From an uncultured Verrucomicrobiae bacterium (lineage in GTDB: Bacteria; Verrucomicrobiota; Verrucomicrobiia; Limisphaerales; JAFGQR01): a stretch of DNA of 64,000 nt. This document shows, in pieces, positions 54,342 through 63,568 of the stretch (position 1 is the stretch's first letter; each line of letters opens with the position of its first letter). The notes under the pieces were generated by a model that saw nothing but the letters and a program-made list of their open reading frames with translations, did not search any database and was not told the origin of the DNA. The position numbers were made by a program, and so were the translations under genes. The stretch lies in NCBI GenBank assembly GCA_963788655.1, contig CAWBHS010000059.1, positions 1 to 64,000 of the forward strand, read 5' to 3'.

Positions 54342-55301
54342 TTAACTCAATTCCCGGTCCTCGAACAAGTACAACGCCACCGCGAGTGCCGCGCCCACGT
54401 AAGCCAGCACATAACCCAGCGCCACGGCCAGGTAGCTCCACGGAATCTTTTTGCCTTCCTCCAGCGCGTCCGCCACCCACATCAATTGCCAGTTGGGCAG
54501 CACCGCATACAACACCGACGCCCACACTTCACCGCTGTGGGCCCGGGCTTCGAAGAGATAGTCCGACATCAGGCCCAACAAAAAGAAGCCCGAGCAAACC
54601 GCCAGGGTGGAGATCAATTCCAACCGGGTTGAACACATCAACGCCAACGCCGCCAGCACCCAAACGGCAAACAGCACCAACACGCCCGCCGGCACCATCC
54701 GCCAATCGACGCTGTGCGCGAACGACTGCAATTTGCCTTCCTTGCTGAGGAACCCAATGATCACAAAGGCCACGCTAATTGTGCCCACCAAGCTGAACAC
54801 GGCGTCCGATACGAAGGGGCGCCGCAGAAAGAAATTGCTGAATCCGCCCATGCAGTATGCCAGCACCACGGCGCCGCAAAAAATCCCCAGGCCCAGCCAA
54901 TCCGTGTCGCCGTAGGCATCGTAGCCCATCCGGCTCGCCAGCAACGCGGCCAGCAGGTTGACGTACGACAGCACGGTCAACGCAGCCGCCACGCCAGCGT
55001 ATTTGGCCAGCAAAAACTGGGCGCGACTAACGGGCTTCGCCAGCACGGCCAACGCGGTGCCGGTACGGATTTCGCGTGCCAGGGCATTCGAGGCGCAGAG
55101 CACCGCTCCCAGCAATCCGGCCAAGAGCATGACCGCCAGGGCGCTCTCCTTCACCAGCTTGGGATCATCGCCAAAGCCGAAATAGGGTATGCTGGCCAAA
55201 AAAACGGCAAATATCGCGGAGACGGTCATTAGCAGCAAAAAAACGGGCTGCCGGACCAATTCCATAAATGCATTGGCCGCAATGGTAATAGATTGTCTCA
55301 T
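54342..55301 (-). CDS. ABC-2-type permease
   Basis: IAANAFMELVRQP, REIRTGT..VLAKPVSRAQFLLAKY and C-terminal FEDREL. Confidence 0.85.
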   Translation of the reverse strand: MRQSITIAANAFMELVRQPVFLLLMTVSAIFAVFLASIPYFGFGDDPKLVKESALAVMLLAGLLGAVLCASNALAREIRTGTALAVLAKPVSRAQFLLAKYAGVAAALTVLSYVNLLAALLASRMGYDAYGDTDWLGLGIFCGAVVLAYCMGGFSNFFLRRPFVSDAVFSLVGTISVAFVIIGFLSKEGKLQSFAHSVDWRMVPAGVLVLFAVWVLAALALMCSTRLELISTLAVCSGFFLLGLMSDYLFEARAHSGEVWASVLYAVLPNWQLMWVADALEEGKKIPWSYLAVALGYVLAYVGAALAVALYLFEDRELS

Positions 55302-55409
55302 GCCGGACGCAATACGTCGAACTTACGCATAGGACTGGCCCTTGCCAATTTTATTCCCGAACGAAATGGATTAATCTTAGATAACCAACCGCAGCTTTTC
55401 GACCAACCT

Positions 55410-56138
55410 TCAGTAACCAAAGTGTAGTATGGGTATGGATCCAAAAATTTGGCAATGTCGGCATGAATCATCCAATTGGTCGCCCCGCTTCAGACACTGG
55501 TCCCGCAGCCGACTCAATGCCTCGTGCGCGCTATGCCCGCGCCGGAAGCCATGCGAGAGCCCGTAGAACTGGGGTTCGTAGATCGCTTCCAGCAGGCTCG
55601 CCACCGCCCGTTGCACGATTTTGTCTTCCAGCACCAGGATCGCCGGCGCGCGCTGGCTGCCGTCACTCTTGGGAATCATCACCGGCCGGGCCGGTTGCGC
55701 CCGGTACTTCCGGGTCTGCAACCGTTGCCCCAGGTCGGCGATGCTACAACTACCTTCGTCCGTCCCGGTCGGTTCGCTTGCGGCTCCCTGCCGGTACCTT
55801 GGGTTGAGGCGCTCTGTTTCGTGTCCCGCCCGGCTCGCGCCGGGTTCAGCTCGTTGACCGTCCGCATCCAGCGGCCCACGCCAAGGTGGTGATGCTGCCG
55901 GTCACCCTGCTTCCGGCGGTTCTCCCCAAGGAGACGGGAGGTTCTCCCGAGTTCCCGGATTACCCCTTTAAGCATACGCCCCGATCTCAGACCCCGGATG
56001 GGTCCCGCCCCGCTGGCCTTAACGCGGACAGGACGGCTGCCTTCCTCTCGCTGCACGAGTCGGCTTTCGTTCCGGTTGCCCGGACTTCTTCTCTGACCAC
56101 CACGATACATTTTTCGGGATTCAATTTCGCCGACGCAC
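55410..56138 (-). mobile_element. 5' fragment of an RT-encoding group II intron, truncated
   Basis: Canonical GTGCG start at 56138. RT fragment YRAQPAR..IPKSDG..LEDKIVQRAV..LEAIYE..SHGFRRGHSAHEAL. No YADD motif and no domains V/VI. Confidence 0.85.
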
Positions 56139-56236
56139 CCACTGGGTAATATTGGCGAATTTCAAGAGGTGTCACCCCTCTTCCAACGTTCCGAGCTTGT
56201 CTCGGCACGACCATCGACTGGTTGGGCGGTGTTGCC

Positions 56237-58315
56237 TCAACTGTGGGGAGGTGTCCACCGAAACATCATCACGTGGTTCAGACCGGCGTTTTCGAGGAAC
56301 AGGACATACTCACCGTTCTTGCGGAGGGTGACGTTCAGGGCGTTGTCCGAGTCAACGCAACCGCCGCTACCCTTGAAGCCGTTGATGTCCGGACGAATCG
56401 TGCCGACGTAGCCGCCGTCGTCCAACTGGTGGACGCGGATCAGTCCGTAGCCATAAGCGACGAAGAGGTATTCGCCGCGGGCCTGCATCGCCACCGGCGC
56501 GCCGCCGCCGTAGCCGGTGTCTGGAGTGTACGACTTATCATTGAGCGGCAGATTGATTTTCCAGTGCTTGATCCTCTTGGTCGGATCGGACCAATGATCG
56601 TAGCGGACCAGCACGTTGCACGCGTTCTCGTCCGTGCCGGGTGAACCGCCGACGATCATGAGGTCCTCACCCGGGACGTAGAATAGCCGCCGAAGCCGGT
56701 CGCCGGTGAACTCCGGCGGGTAATGGTAGGACACCTCGGAGGTCCGGCGATAGATGGGGTTGCCGCGCGGGTCAATCCCTTCGCAAGGGAGATGGAAGAT
56801 CGTCCCGTCTCCCGAGCATTGCCAGATGCCGGCCGCGGCATCCAGGTGCATGAAGCCCCAGCGGGGCTTGCGGTCCACTGCGGCGAACTCCACGGCGTCT
56901 GGCGCACCGTTGCCGTTCGCGTCGGTCCAGATGAAGGTTTCAGCGTCCTCGGGCCAGCGTTTGCCATTCCCAGGGCGCCAGGTGCTGGCACCCGCCACAT
57001 ACCCGCACGGCGCCGCCACACAGCCTTGCTCGCCGAACTTGTAGATCTCCAGGTTGCCGGTGCCCTGAGCGCCGCAGTAGAGGAAGAGATTGCCGCCGAT
57101 CCGCCGCACGCCATTGATCAGGCGATGGCTCGGACCGTGGAGGTCCGTCACCCGGCTATCACTGGGATACTTGAAGCGATCAACGCTCAGTCCAATCAGT
57201 GACTGCTCCTTACCAGGAGGCTTGTTCCAGTCCATGCTGAAGACGTTCTCCTTGGTGTAAACGAGGTTCTCATTGGCTGGGTCGGTACAGGCCGTATCCA
57301 ACCAGTTGCCCAGCCCGTAAACGTCCCAGAGGCGCTCTCCGGCTGGGGAATAGGCTTCGATCAGGGCGTTATACCAGGAGCCAAAGACACTGGCCACATA
57401 GAGATTGCCGGCCGCGTCGAAGCCGAGGCCGCGAATCCAATGGAACTTCTGGGGCTGGTATTTTCCCGGCTCGCCCGAAAAGATGCCGCCTTCCGTGCCA
57501 AAGGTGCCCACCTTCCTGGGCGTCCCCGCGACATCGTAAATCCAGATCTGGCTGTGCCGGTTCAACCCGCCCACCAGCAGTTGACCCTTCGGACCAAACG
57601 TCAGCGCACAGGGATTCTCGAAGTCGGTGATCTCCGGCCCGGGCTGACCCTGCTTGGAGAAGGAGATGATCTTCAGGCCGCCCCGATCGAACGGCTCCTT
57701 GCCGGGCTTGCCTTGAACGACCCAAATCTGACCGTTATCACCGACCGCGATCGGCCCTGGGCTCGGGGCGGCGAAGGAGCGAACCTCCTTCATCGTCGCC
57801 GTCTCCAGGACCCGGACTCTGCCTGCCTTGGAATCGCTGAGGTAAAGCTCGCCGCTGCGCAAGGCCAAGCCATGAATGCTGCCGCCGGTGCTCGGTGTGC
57901 GGTTGTAGGCTTCGTCCCCGAGGCGCGTGCGGAAGAGGCCGGCCCCGGTCCCGATGTAAACGTGGGCATCGTCCACCGCGACCGCGGATGCGCTGCTGCC
58001 AAAACCGCTGTCATAGTCGTACTTGGTGACGAACTTGCCGGCCTTATACGAGGCGACTCCGCCGTAGCCTTCAGCCACACCCGCGGAGAAAACCGTCCCC
58101 TCCGGCGTCACGGCAATAGCGATGGCGGTGACCGGCACCGATTGGTGCCCCTTCTGAGTGGCGAACGAGTTCATGAGCCAGGAATGGACGACGGTGCCAG
58201 GCAGGTCGCTCCCCGACAGGGTGTCTCCGGCTTGGACACGACTCAGGTCGAGCATGCACAGGCAGGCCAGCGCAAATTTATAGAAATGGTGTTTTCGCAC
58301 AAATATCCGGTTCAC
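56237..58315 (-). CDS. Secreted beta-propeller-like protein (692 aa) carried as a gene cassette
   Basis: Signal peptide and NHL/SMP-30-like repeats. Flanked by core GTTGGGC (58342-58348) and complementary inverse core GCCCAAC (56221-56227); its own attC is truncated. Confidence 0.75.
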   Translation of the reverse strand: MNRIFVRKHHFYKFALACLCMLDLSRVQAGDTLSGSDLPGTVVHSWLMNSFATQKGHQSVPVTAIAIAVTPEGTVFSAGVAEGYGGVASYKAGKFVTKYDYDSGFGSSASAVAVDDAHVYIGTGAGLFRTRLGDEAYNRTPSTGGSIHGLALRSGELYLSDSKAGRVRVLETATMKEVRSFAAPSPGPIAVGDNGQIWVVQGKPGKEPFDRGGLKIISFSKQGQPGPEITDFENPCALTFGPKGQLLVGGLNRHSQIWIYDVAGTPRKVGTFGTEGGIFSGEPGKYQPQKFHWIRGLGFDAAGNLYVASVFGSWYNALIEAYSPAGERLWDVYGLGNWLDTACTDPANENLVYTKENVFSMDWNKPPGKEQSLIGLSVDRFKYPSDSRVTDLHGPSHRLINGVRRIGGNLFLYCGAQGTGNLEIYKFGEQGCVAAPCGYVAGASTWRPGNGKRWPEDAETFIWTDANGNGAPDAVEFAAVDRKPRWGFMHLDAAAGIWQCSGDGTIFHLPCEGIDPRGNPIYRRTSEVSYHYPPEFTGDRLRRLFYVPGEDLMIVGGSPGTDENACNVLVRYDHWSDPTKRIKHWKINLPLNDKSYTPDTGYGGGAPVAMQARGEYLFVAYGYGLIRVHQLDDGGYVGTIRPDINGFKGSGGCVDSDNALNVTLRKNGEYVLFLENAGLNHVMMFRWTPPHS

Positions 58316-58350
58316 TTTCGGTCGGAGGCAGCGTTTCCGCCGCCCAACGA

Positions 58351-60060
58351 ATCAATATAGCCTATCCGCAGTTATTCACCGGAGGCCAGGCGCGCTCCGC
58401 GTTGCTCCGCCGCAGCCGCCGGTGAATAACTGCGCTGTCCGACATGATCACGATGATTCATACTTATTCGCATCCGTTGAATTGGTACCGTAGGGTATCC
58501 CGGTTTTCCCGCCTCCGTGGGCCAGGTCTGCGAACGACCAGTCGCCTGGACGACTTTGAGCTTTATCGACCGGCTCACGGGGCGGGCTTGCACCCTCTAA
58601 CGACTCCTCAGAGGGCGTTCACTGTTGCAGTGAGAACTCTCCTATATTGCCGTCGCTGGGTCAAGCCTGCGGGAAAACCACACCACCGAAAACCATGAAT
58701 GATTCGACGATGAAGCACGATTATCCGTATGACCTGGTCATCGGCCTGGACCGCTCCGACGCCACGGCCGACCTGCACACCATTGACGTGCATACCAACG
58801 GCCGCACCAACCAAACCATCGCGACCAGCCCCGAAGCGCTCCATGACTGGCTGGCCCAATTGCGCCAGCAACATCCCCAAGGCCGGGTGGCGATCTGCCT
58901 GGAACAACCTGCCGCCAATCTGCTGGCCTTCCTGGAAAGCTATGCCTGGATCACCCTCTACGCCATCAACCCGATGACGTTGAAAAACTTCCGGGAAGCC
59001 TTCGTCACCAGTCGCGCCAAGGACGACACTCAGGATGCCTATTATTTAGCTGAACTACTCCTGACTCATCCCGACAAGCTGACCGTGTGGACGCCCGAGG
59101 ACAGCGCCACCCGCCACCTGCAACAAGCGGTCACGCACCGCCGCGCGGTGGTGGACGAACGCACCGAGTTGACCAACCGGCTGCAAGCCCTCTTAAAGGC
59201 TTATTTTCCGCAGGCGTTGACCCTTTGTGGCCAGGAACTGTGGCGGCCCATGGCCACCGATTTGCTCCTAAAATGGCCCACCTTGGCGGCGATCAAAAAA
59301 GTCAAACCAGCGACCCTCAAACAATTCTACCGCCAGCACAATTCCCACAGCGCTTCCCTGCTGGAGCAGCGGCTCCAATGCATTAGCCAGGCGATTCCGC
59401 TCACGGAGGAAACCGCCCTGGTGGAAACCTACGCCCTGCGCGTGCAATTGATCGGTCGCCAACTCCAATTGGTGGTCGCGGCCATTGCCACGTACGACCA
59501 GCAGATCCAGGCGCGGTTTATCGCCCACCCCGATTACGCGATCTTCAAGAACTTGCCCGGGGCGGGACCGGTGCTGGCGCCGCGGTTGTTGGCCACGATG
59601 GGCAGCGTGCGCGAGCGCTTTCCCACCGCCGTCAGCTTGCAGTGCTACAGCGGGATTGCGCCGGTGACCAAACAGAGCGGCAACACGCGGCACGTGCATC
59701 GGCGCTACCTCTGTCCGAAGTTTTGCCGGCAGAGCTTTCATGAGTTTGCGGGCAGCTCGATCCTGTTCAGTCGTTGGGCGGCGGCGTATTATTTGCAGCA
59801 GCGGGAAGCGGGCGCGAACCATCACACGGCGGTGCGGGCGCTGGCCTACAAATGGCAGCGGATCATCTGGCGGTGCTGGCAGCGCCAGGAGGTCTATGAG
59901 GAGGCGCGTTATGCCGAAGCCCTGCGGCGCCACGGCAGCCCGATCGTGGGATTGTTCGATCAGATTGAGTTAGGCAAAAATCCCTATACCAGCCGCAAGA
60001 AAAAGGCCGCCCAGCGGGCGAAGAAAAAATGAAAAACCCGTTGACCGTTCACCTCAGAGA
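58351..60060 (+). mobile_element. IS110-family element inserted in an attC site (shared GA core; left end inferred)
   Basis: Removing it rejoins gcccaac-GA-tgagctcacc, restoring the attC right arm GGTGAGC-TCATC-GTTGGGC. TTGACC lies near the right end. Confidence 0.7.
58695..60032 (+). CDS. IS110-family DEDD recombinase/transposase
   Basis: IGLD, CLE, AKDDTQDA, LPGAG..LA and YSGIAPVTKQSG. Confidence 0.95.
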   Translation: MNDSTMKHDYPYDLVIGLDRSDATADLHTIDVHTNGRTNQTIATSPEALHDWLAQLRQQHPQGRVAICLEQPAANLLAFLESYAWITLYAINPMTLKNFREAFVTSRAKDDTQDAYYLAELLLTHPDKLTVWTPEDSATRHLQQAVTHRRAVVDERTELTNRLQALLKAYFPQALTLCGQELWRPMATDLLLKWPTLAAIKKVKPATLKQFYRQHNSHSASLLEQRLQCISQAIPLTEETALVETYALRVQLIGRQLQLVVAAIATYDQQIQARFIAHPDYAIFKNLPGAGPVLAPRLLATMGSVRERFPTAVSLQCYSGIAPVTKQSGNTRHVHRRYLCPKFCRQSFHEFAGSSILFSRWAAAYYLQQREAGANHHTAVRALAYKWQRIIWRCWQRQEVYEEARYAEALRRHGSPIVGLFDQIELGKNPYTSRKKKAAQRAKKK

Positions 60061-60149
60061 TGAGCTCACCTATGACTGCCCCTCTACGACTCTCGAACTC
60101 GCGGAAGCGGCATCGCGGGGCAGTCATTAGGTGCAGCGCCTTGTTCGGC
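60061..60149 (-). mobile_element. attC site, array 2, interrupted by IS110
   Basis: Minus strand GCCGAAC-AAGGC-GCTGCACCTAATGACTGCCCC...GGGGCAGTCATAGGTGAGC-TCA, then the IS. Confidence 0.85.
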
Positions 60150-60299
60150 GATCCCGCGTCGTCCGTGGCTGCTCTCAAAGCAATACTCGATGACGTTCGT
60201 GCTGTCCCAGGACAACGAGATAATCATGGGAGATACCGCCTGCAAATATCTCGGTGATGACGTGTTACGGCACATCGTCGCAGCGGTGAACGCCTATTC

Positions 60300-60408
60300 G
60301 CCGAACGTGGAGGTCACCGACCGGCAGAAAACCAGAAAGGAAACGGATGCCAAACAAACATGAAACTGACACGCAGGCAGCCGGTTCGCGTGAACCGATT
60401 GGTTCGGT
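60300..60408 (-). mobile_element. attC site, array 2
   Basis: Minus strand ACCGAAC..GGTTCACGCGAACCGGC...GCCGGTCGGTGACC..GTTCGGC. Confidence 0.8.
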
Positions 60409-60591
60409 GATCCCGGCCCCGTGGGGTGGCATGGAATGGAAACATGCCTTGATGGCTCGAAACCTAATGTCATCCCGAAAATGGATATGCCGGACCGAGT
60501 GGGGGCGTGAATTTGTTATTGCGTTCAAAGAACCGGGTCCAATTGCGCTACTCTGCATTGAGGATCGGCTGTGGCCAGTTAAGCCGTATTC

Positions 60592-60687
60592 ACCGAACGC
60601 CAAGAGGACCGATGAGCGGCACCCCGAAAACGTTCGAACTGTAAACTGACGCGCTTGCCGCTCATTCGGTCGCTCGATTGGTTAGCT
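60592..60687 (-). mobile_element. attC site, array 2
   Basis: Minus strand AGCTAAC..GACCGAATGAGCGG...CCGCTCATCGGTC..GTTCGGT. Confidence 0.8.
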
Positions 60688-60948
60688 GATCGCATTATAA
60701 AAGGCATAAATCATCCACAAGGTCAACATCCCAGCTATAGCACCTGCAATCTTGTCCGCACCAGACTTCCGGAATAAAGCCACCGCCGACATGGCCAAGC
60801 ATAGAAGCAAACTGATCGAACCCACCGCCCAGACGTAATGCGGAATCGGCCGACCATTTGCAGGAGTCAAAGCGGGAAGAAATACTCCAGCAAAAAGTGC
60901 CATAATGATCGCGCTGATTCCTCTCCAAGATGGGATGTAGGCCGCCAT
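60682..60948 (-). CDS. Cassette small membrane protein, three TM helices, 88 aa
   Basis: Hydrophobic ORF starting just after the intron 3' end; the stop codon overlaps the inverse core. Confidence 0.7.
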   Translation of the reverse strand: MAAYIPSWRGISAIIMALFAGVFLPALTPANGRPIPHYVWAVGSISLLLCLAMSAVALFRKSGADKIAGAIAGMLTLWMIYAFYNAIS

Positions 60949-60958
60949 AATTCTTTAG

Positions 60959-61775
60959 ACCGGGTAGGCGTAGGCGGTCACCCGCCCACGCCCCCCTAAG
61001 AACCGGACTTGAAAGTTTCCCTTCATCACGGCTCAAGCCTCTCCAAGGCCACCCCGGATGCGGGGGACCCGCGTAACCAGGAGGCCGGTGACACCCAAAG
61101 GCGTCATGGACCTTCCCAATCCCACTTGGCAATACCGGTCGGCGGCCATATCGCGCTCGGCTCCTTTGGGCCGCAGCACCGAGAGGCACCAAGCGACGGG
61201 CGTCGCTCGTCCTATGCTTCTCTCGCTTGAAGGGGTTCCGCTGATTTTCTTGCCAGGAGACACCAGATCGACGTGGGCATATCCGGTCCATTACCGACCG
61301 GCCTTGGCTTGTTCGATCCTCTTCATGCTGCCTCCCCTGGGCCTGCCTTGCGGTCGGCTTGCCTGGATACTCTCCAGGCGGGAACTGGCAGCTTTTCCAT
61401 GTTCCGCATTCTCCACAGGATGGGTTAGGTCCACTCTCTACACCGGCGGTGCGCCATTCGCGTCGGGCTACGTTAGACAGCCCGAACCTGACCGCTGGCC
61501 TTGTTTTGGCCGGAGCCTTAAAACAGCCTCGTTTGGCTCGTTCCTCTGACGATGCTTGCAAGTGTTCACATGGGTTGACCCTACCATCCGATTCTAGCGC
61601 CGCACCCGGATTGAGGCTCCCAGGCTGGCTACATTGTCGGGAAGGCTTCACACCCTGGACAGTAGCCTTGCGGCCGCCCGTCCAACGCATGCTTCCCTGG
61701 AATACCTGCCGCGAAAGGCAGGACTGAGTCAGGTTGCCCATGCTCAGCAGTGATGAATGCGACTTCATGTCACAA
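60959..61775 (-). mobile_element. ORF-less group II intron, copy 2 (817 bp), inserted in an attC core
   Basis: Same length and sequence as 4354-5170, apart from a 2-nt difference seen near 61452. Removal restores GTTAGCT, the exact complement of the cassette inverse core AGCTAAC. Confidence 0.9.
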
Positions 61776-61899
61776 CTAACGCCGAGATGACCGACAGCTT
61801 TGGGAGCGCCAGCCTCGACTGGAATTATCGGTTTCAAGTTTCATGGTCGATGTCCGCTGCGAGGCGGGTGGGCTGTTCGGTCAATCGACATGGTTGGAC
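61776..61899 (-). mobile_element. attC site, core interrupted by intron copy 2
   Basis: Minus strand GTCCAAC..TGACCGAACAGC...GCTGTCGGTCA..GGCGTTAG, then the intron. Confidence 0.85.
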
Positions 61900-61902
61900 A
61901 TT

Positions 61903-62402
61903 TCATTTGTCCAGTCACTCTACCAAGAATGTCCTCACGTGGTAAAGCGCCCCAGTAGCGGCTGTCCAGTGCGTTTGTCGTATTGTCGCCCAGCAGGAAA
62001 TATGAGCCTGCCGGCACCCGATACGGATACGTAATGGAAGGCGAATGACGGGGTGCGATGTAGTGAATGCCAGATAAACGCGCAGGCGGCTCTTGCCGTT
62101 GTCCATCTATGTAAATGGCGTCGTCACGAAATTCCAGTTGCTCGTTTGGCAGGGCGATGACCCGCATTACCCAGAAATCCTGAGCGACTTTTCCCGGCGC
62201 AGGTGTGGGATGAAACACGATGACATCCCAGCGGCTGGGCGCAGCCCTCTGGTAGGCTGCCATGTCAGCTACGACGACTTCATTTGGCTGGATCGTCGGT
62301 GACATGGAGGTACTGCTCTGCCGAAAGCTCGCGCTGCGAGTCCGAACATCAGACGAGAGCCGATAGCAACAGCAGAATCGATGGAAAATAGATGCGTGTC
62401 AT
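61903..62402 (-). CDS. Cassette signal peptidase I (S26 family), frameshifted
   Basis: STSMSPTI, RWDVIVF, VMRVIALP and YFLLGDNTTNALDSRYWG. Confidence 0.8.
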
Positions 62403-62404
62403 GT

Positions 62405-62497
62405 GTCCAACGCTCCGGCTCACCGACGCCGGGCCAATGATGTCCGATTGTCAACCGAGACGCGATCCCGGCGTTCGGTGCAGCCGGCTTGTTGGAC
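62405..62497 (-). mobile_element. attC site, array 2
   Basis: Minus strand GTCCAAC-AAGCC-GGCTGCACCGAACGCCGG...CCGGCGTCGGTGAGCC-GGAGC-GTTGGAC. Confidence 0.88.
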
Positions 62498-62501
62498 GCC
62501 T

Positions 62502-62913
62502 TCATTTCGTCTTCAAGTCCTTCGGTTCCACAACTTTGATGACAACGAAATACCGGTAAAACTTCCAGCCAGCCTGCGGCCGGGTCACTTCCCTACCTTC
62601 CTCTTTGGCGGCCTGCTCGACCGCTGGCGGCGTACCGATCATCCTTCCCATCTCGTACCCGCGAAAAATGCAGCGCGCGTTTTTGGGCAAGGAATCCACA
62701 TTGTCCACTGCAATATCGACCGGGCTATCCAGCTTCTTGCCATTGAGCATATCCACGCGCAAGGTGCGTCCTGCGTCACTTCGGTCCTTCTACCCGGACA
62801 CCTTGAATGGTCAGGTACGTGCCCAGCGGATGGCCGAGCCTGCCAGCGGGAATGTCTTGGGCATTCGCGAGGCTGACGCCGAAGACCAGTAAGAATAGAA
62901 GTGCGGTCTTCAT
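62502..62913 (-). CDS. Cassette secreted hypothetical protein, frameshifted
   Basis: Signal peptide MKTALLFLLVFGVSLANA joins ORF 62502-62762. Confidence 0.6.
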
Positions 62914-62922
62914 TGTTCTTTC

Positions 62923-63048
62923 GTCCAACGCTGCGCCTCACCTACTGCCGCCGGGGAGGCAGGTGGAGCGCAAACATAATAATGAAATTCTCCCAAGCTG
63001 CCGAGCGGAAAGCGCGGGCGGCGGTTAGGTGCAGGCGCCTGGTTCGGC
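62923..63048 (-). mobile_element. attC site, array 2
   Basis: Minus strand GCCGAAC-CAGGC-GCCTGCACCTAA...TAGGTGAGGC-GCAGC-GTTGGAC. Confidence 0.85.
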
Positions 63049-63051
63049 ATT

Positions 63052-63414
63052 CTATTGCAGCAGCGCCTCATCGAAATGGAATGGGCAGTAGGCTGACCCC
63101 ACGAGCGCCAGCTCTGAACAACCAGCGCGCTTACAGCTCTCGGGTCCTCGGTCGTTTGAGCGAGGTGGCACGGCGTTCGACCTGATCTTCTGTGCGACCA
63201 GCCACTTCCTTAACTCCGCCAATATTCGGTGCTGGGCGTCTCTGGGAATCTCTGCACCCGACGCCCACGAACGGAGATCCAACGGAGCTACCAGCACATC
63301 GTATTCTGGTGAACCAGACATTTCCCAGTTGATGTCGGTAACATTCTGGCCATCACTGCAACGGATGCTCCCGGCCCGACCACGGGCATTCATTGTAAAG
63401 CTGTAGCTATTCAT
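63052..63414 (-). CDS. Cassette hypothetical protein, 120 aa
   Basis: ORF fills the cassette; C-terminal CxxxxC..CxxH. Confidence 0.65.
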   Translation of the reverse strand: MNSYSFTMNARGRAGSIRCSDGQNVTDINWEMSGSPEYDVLVAPLDLRSWASGAEIPRDAQHRILAELRKWLVAQKIRSNAVPPRSNDRGPESCKRAGCSELALVGSAYCPFHFDEALLQ

Positions 63415-63435
63415 TGGGCAGGCCTGCCAACTTTT

Positions 63436-63561
63436 GCCGAACGCCAAGCGTGAGCGACCGCCGCTGAGGAGCACGGTGGTAAGCAAACGGCCCGTCCGAA
63501 TTCCCGCCCGGCATCGAGCGGACAGGCGGGGCGGCGGTTCGTCTCCACGCGCTGGTTGGGC
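63436..63561 (-). mobile_element. attC site, array 2
   Basis: Minus strand GCCCAAC..CGTGGAGACGAACCGCCG...CGGCGGTCGCTCACG..GTTCGGC. Confidence 0.85.
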
Positions 63562-63568
63562 GCTTTGC

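Noticed and set aside
52667..54748. 693-aa plus-strand ORF and similar long antisense ORFs
   Set aside because: Shadow ORFs of GC-rich genes on the opposite strand, with no recognisable motifs.
58595..58604. Alternative IS110 left end at ctctaac-GA
   Set aside because: It would also restore an attC, but the core GTTAGAG has no matching inverse core and the motif lies inside a hairpin of the non-coding region. 58351 fits better, though it is not proven.
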